Of a stretch of 64,000 nucleotides of DNA, positions 60,160 to 64,000 are shown piece after piece; positions within the stretch are counted from its first letter, which is position 1; every line of letters begins with the position of its first letter. The translations under genes were made by a program, and so were the position numbers. The stretch lies in contig CATNEN010000001.1 in NCBI GenBank assembly GCA_950097015.1, positions 15,562,001 to 15,626,000 on the forward strand. The letters run 5' to 3'. This stretch comes from Macrostomum hystrix (taxonomy: Eukaryota > Animalia > Platyhelminthes). The notes under the pieces were generated by a model, which worked only from the letters and a program-made list of their open reading frames with translations, was not told the DNA's origin and ran no database searches.

Positions 60160-60497
60160 TCAATTATCATTCAACTTTGGCATGTTGAAGCCAACAAACA
60201 GAAGTTTATCTACCGTGTCACCCTTTAGGCCCTGTCGCTTGGGCTCGTAGATATTGCCAACACGACTGAAGATGCGCTCACTTGGAATGCTGCTAGGTGG
60301 GGCAGCTAGATAAGTGCGAATCAGAAGTGACATGTAGGCCGACAGATGCCTGCACTTCCAGTACGCAACTGGATCTTCTTCGAATTGCTTCCTGGGCTCC
60401 GCAAGATAGCACTCTACTTCCTGAATGAAGTGCTTCATTGCTAGACTTAGAGTGCCACCATCCTGAGCCTGCCCATCCAAAAGTTGCTGAAGTAGCG
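60160..60497 (-). pseudogene. hAT transposase C-terminal dimerization domain fragment (ZBED/Ac type)
   Basis: EVECYLAEP..DPVAYWK..YLAAPPSSIPSERIFSRVGNIYEPKRQGLKGDTVDKLLFV. 5'-truncated by unrelated sequence. Confidence 0.85.
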
Positions 60498-61689
60498 TGT
60501 TAGTTAAGTAACTAACAAACTGAATCTGTGTGAGTTAAGGAGATCAGAGGCTGGAGAGGTTAAGCAGAACAACTGGCTGAGTGATTACGCAAGCATAAGA
60601 TTATTAGATCATCACTCTCGCTCCCGTGGCCGCAGTTGCGAGAGGGGGAAAGGGGAAAACTCCATTGGAAAGGGAGTTCGACACGTACACTTTGAGCCCG
60701 CCCAAGAGGGAGAAGGAAAGCCGGCCAAGGATTCCCCCAACCCCCTGGGAAGAAATGCACATACTACCTCCGCATCTGCTTGCAAATCCCTAGCTTCTTA
60801 TTACTCTTGTGCGCGCTTACAGTTGCTTTCCTGCCGCAGCTCTCAGCTCGGCATCACCAGAGCCCACCCCCTAGGAGATTAGCCACTCATAACTGAGGGC
60901 TGCCTAGTAAAGTTCTTAGTACCACCTTTCTAGACCCCTGTAGCGCGAATTCAGGAATCCCCTATTGAGGCGTGTCTCGATCCATTCTGGGGCTCTCACC
61001 CCAGTCTAAAACGGAAGTTGCAGCAATGCCCTATTTTCGGCTTGTCTAGATCTGTGTGATAAACTAGGAGCTGTGCGCTCCGGGGACCCAAGTTCCCAAA
61101 TGTATGCGGTGGCAACGTAGGCGCATTGGGTGGTGGCGCTACCCTAGATCATCTATCCGCTTTGCCGATAGCCTTTCCGCATTTCTATGACAAAAGCCTA
61201 GGCCGAATCGACCACCGCTACCAAGGTTAGGAGTCAGTTGCGCACGTACTACTGATGACAGTTGGCGATCTAGCCCTGTCCTGTCCGATTCCGGATAGTC
61301 CGACACCTCTCTTTTAGATCTTTCGCCGGTTTCGAGCATAGCTAGGGGTAGGCACGGCAGTCATGCCTGTGGCCTATGGGACAAGTGGGACTGGCCAGCC
61401 TGAGGCCAATAGGACCACTCTCTGCAGCCATTGAATCTCCTCATCTCTCCCTTCATCTCCTCGCCCCTCCCCTTATCTCTGCCTTCTCTCCGCGACATCC
61501 TGCGAGCAGCCAGGTGGGTGGTTCATCGATTCTAACACCCGCCTCTAGGCGTCTATCTCTCACGGGGGCGGTTCAGTGGTTTCAAAACTCCCAACCATTT
61601 CAATATACATAATTAAACATATATTGTTCCATGATAAAAGATTTAGCAAAATAAACTAAGCGACGAGTCATAATAACGTGCGTGTCTTT

Positions 61690-63168
61690 CTAGTCTCGAA
61701 GCCATGGGTTCTTCACAAGATCATCATTATCGATACCTCTACCAGTCGTATAGTCGAACGTCAGTTCTGTGCCCGTTGCAACATATTTATTTGTCACGAA
61801 ATAAATGACCGGTCGCAGCCCCTGGTCGATAATAATGAGCTTTGCTTTACAGTTAGGAGCAGTAGAAGAATGGTTCAGGTACCTTCCTAATCCATCACTG
61901 TTGCTTGCGTCAATTACCCATAATTTGCCGTTAACTTTAAACTCAAATAGCATCCAGTCGGAGTTAGGTTCACATTCGCGTCTAATCGCTTCCTGTTCGT
62001 TCAGCAGGATTCCGGCGAATTGATCGACAAACGCCCCCGCAGCTAGGTTGATTCTCGCAAAGGCGCCCAGTCCCTTCTCGCCCGCAGGTGCAACAGCGAT
62101 CGCGGTGTCTCTTCCCGTTGATGCCCAGTATGCGCTCGGTTGTATCTCTAGTGGATGTCGGGGGACGATAATCGACACGGGGGACGACAGCCGATAGATC
62201 GGCTGAGCCTCTGAGCCGGCCTCTTCTTAACGGTCGGGTCAGGCAAAGGCTGTGCGGGGGTGCAGTTAAACACGATTTAATTTGTTTTTTTTTCATGCTT
62301 CTAAATCGCCCTTCTCTCCATCGCCTCTCTCACATTTCACTTGCTTGCTGACATCTCGTTTGCATCTCATCTCACTTAATCGGCCTCTACTTTTTACTCC
62401 CTCTTAATCCTCTCTTCTCTCATTAAATTACTCAAAGAAAAACGATTACAGAAAAGGAAACTTTGCCCCTAAATCAGCTTTATACAGCCACACCATCCAA
62501 CCGCAATCAATTGATTGACGAACCTCTAATGGACATACTGCTAGGGCGATTCGTAAAGATTGATCCACGCGTGAGTTGCCTTCGCCCTCTTCCTCGCTGT
62601 CGGAGAAGGATAATTCGACGTTGACCTCAGGGACAGCGCGTTTGTTAGTCTGAAAAATAAAACATTTCTAATTTTTTCTTATTCAGAAACATGTGAATGT
62701 GCATAGCAGAAATTAAGACGCGGGGCCTACATGCAAATATTATAGTGGGAGATTATAGTTGCAGAGGGGAGAAGGAGAATACTTAGAAGGACAAGTTTAT
62801 GAACAGGCAGGTCAGGTAACATACGTTCTCATTCACCTGAAGTTCAGCCGTTGATGGAATTACGCAAGAATGTCGCTTGAATCGGACTATAAGTCCCGGG
62901 CCAGTTTCGCAGGCCACTCTGACCTGATCAGCGCGTTGGGAAGTCTGGCAATGTATGCATGCAATACGTGAGTGTACAATAGAAATATAACAAAAGAATA
63001 AAGGTGTCAAGAAAAGTTGTAAACTTTACAATCTCAAATAATTTGCTGCCTCTGAATTCTCACCTCATTGAGGGCGGTCGATACGCGCTTTAAACGAATT
63101 TTTAAACCCGGCGCTGCTGTGTCTGCACTTCCGCAGTCAGATATTAGGCACTGATCACTCATATCCAT
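61690..63168 (-). CDS. Spliced gene (possibly frameshifted) ending in a SETD8/PR-Set7-like SET domain
   Basis: SET ORF 61690-62178: KGLGAFA..GAFVDQFAG..WVIDAS..LGRYLNHS..PNC..GTELTFDY..NPWL, colinear with the SETD8 C-terminus. Upstream open phase-0 exons 63064-63168 (ATG), 62837-62944 and 62539-62649 have GT-AG boundaries. The strongest acceptor (exon start 62249) is out of frame with the SET ORF by an 8-nt insertion; a weaker AG (exon start 62202) is in frame. Confidence 0.75.
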
Positions 63169-64000
63169 GAAATATTAAATGCTTTTGTGATGGCAATAAA
63201 TGGCAAAATAATTTCCTGTGTAATGACTCTGAACGTGTTCGGGTGGGACCGATCGGGTGGGGTGGGGAGGGGAACACATAGACTTGTTATTTCTAGAAGT
63301 TTCTAGAAGTTATTATTTCTAGAAGTCTCTGGGAGCACAGACCAAATGGATAAGATAAGGCTTTCCTTCTGTCTGTAGTGGGGAGACCAGTTATCAGTTT
63401 ATCAGTTTTTATTTGAGCTGCTCCTTCCTCTTTTGGCCGTGCAAGTCCTGTGACTATGCAGAAAAGCTCTACTAGCTAGATGTTTACCGTTTCTAGCAGT
63501 CACTTCAGATAATGGGAATTAAGTGATTCTGGAAGCATGCTTGTTGCTAAACACTAAGCTACTAAGTCAATGAGTACGCGTACAATAAAAGGAATTACAA
63601 AGATAATGACACGCTTTCGAATGCCTTATAATATTAAATTCGATTTAAGAATTTCGTAAAAATGTGCGAAAGAACAATGTTTTGGCATTAAAGTGTCAAC
63701 ACATTCTTCAGGCAACGGACGACAAGAAAAATGGACTCCTGTTATCGGAGACCACACACCGCCTCAAATAAACCTTATCGCTTATCATTCCCGGTAGTTA
63801 TTTTGCTATTCGTACTTTGCTGCTCAATATCTTAGTCTTGTCTCTGATACGTACGTGTGAGTTCATACAGTGAGTGTATACGTCTGAGTCACATACGAGT
63901 TTATGCTTGCAACTCTGGGAGTATACATTTTTTTAAATTTGTACATTTTTATGTCTGTAGTCAAATTGATGCAAAACATTAACAGTCAAAATTACATTTG

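Overview
Repeat-rich animal genomic DNA with spliceosomal GT-AG introns. Gene content, poly-Q/poly-A inserts and huge intronic minisatellites suggest a free-living flatworm such as Macrostomum; this taxon call is inference only. (1) 1-28122 (-): voltage-gated calcium channel alpha2/delta gene. I traced 21 phase-consistent exons from the signal peptide through the VWA and dCache domains, and the gene runs off the left edge. (2) 33059-42911 (+): divergently transcribed ammonium transporter (Amt) with two paralogous alternative first coding exons and a 7x tandem amplification of a splice donor. (3) 44038-47361 (-): uninterrupted 1107-aa TRP channel with N-terminal ankyrin repeats on a TRPM-type channel core. 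(4) 49-64 kb: nested transposon cluster (Merlin remnant cut by a 7-exon hAT-like transposase gene, an LTR-retrotransposon gag split by a 5-bp-TSD hAT element, a hAT dimerization fragment) followed by a small spliced gene encoding LKIRL-like motif exons plus a SETD8/PR-Set7-like SET domain with both active-site Tyr changed to Phe. Introns and intergenic DNA hold more than 12 minisatellite arrays, two tRNA-derived SINE families, a MITE and a solo LTR. Most short ORFs in the supplied track are repeat or antisense artefacts.
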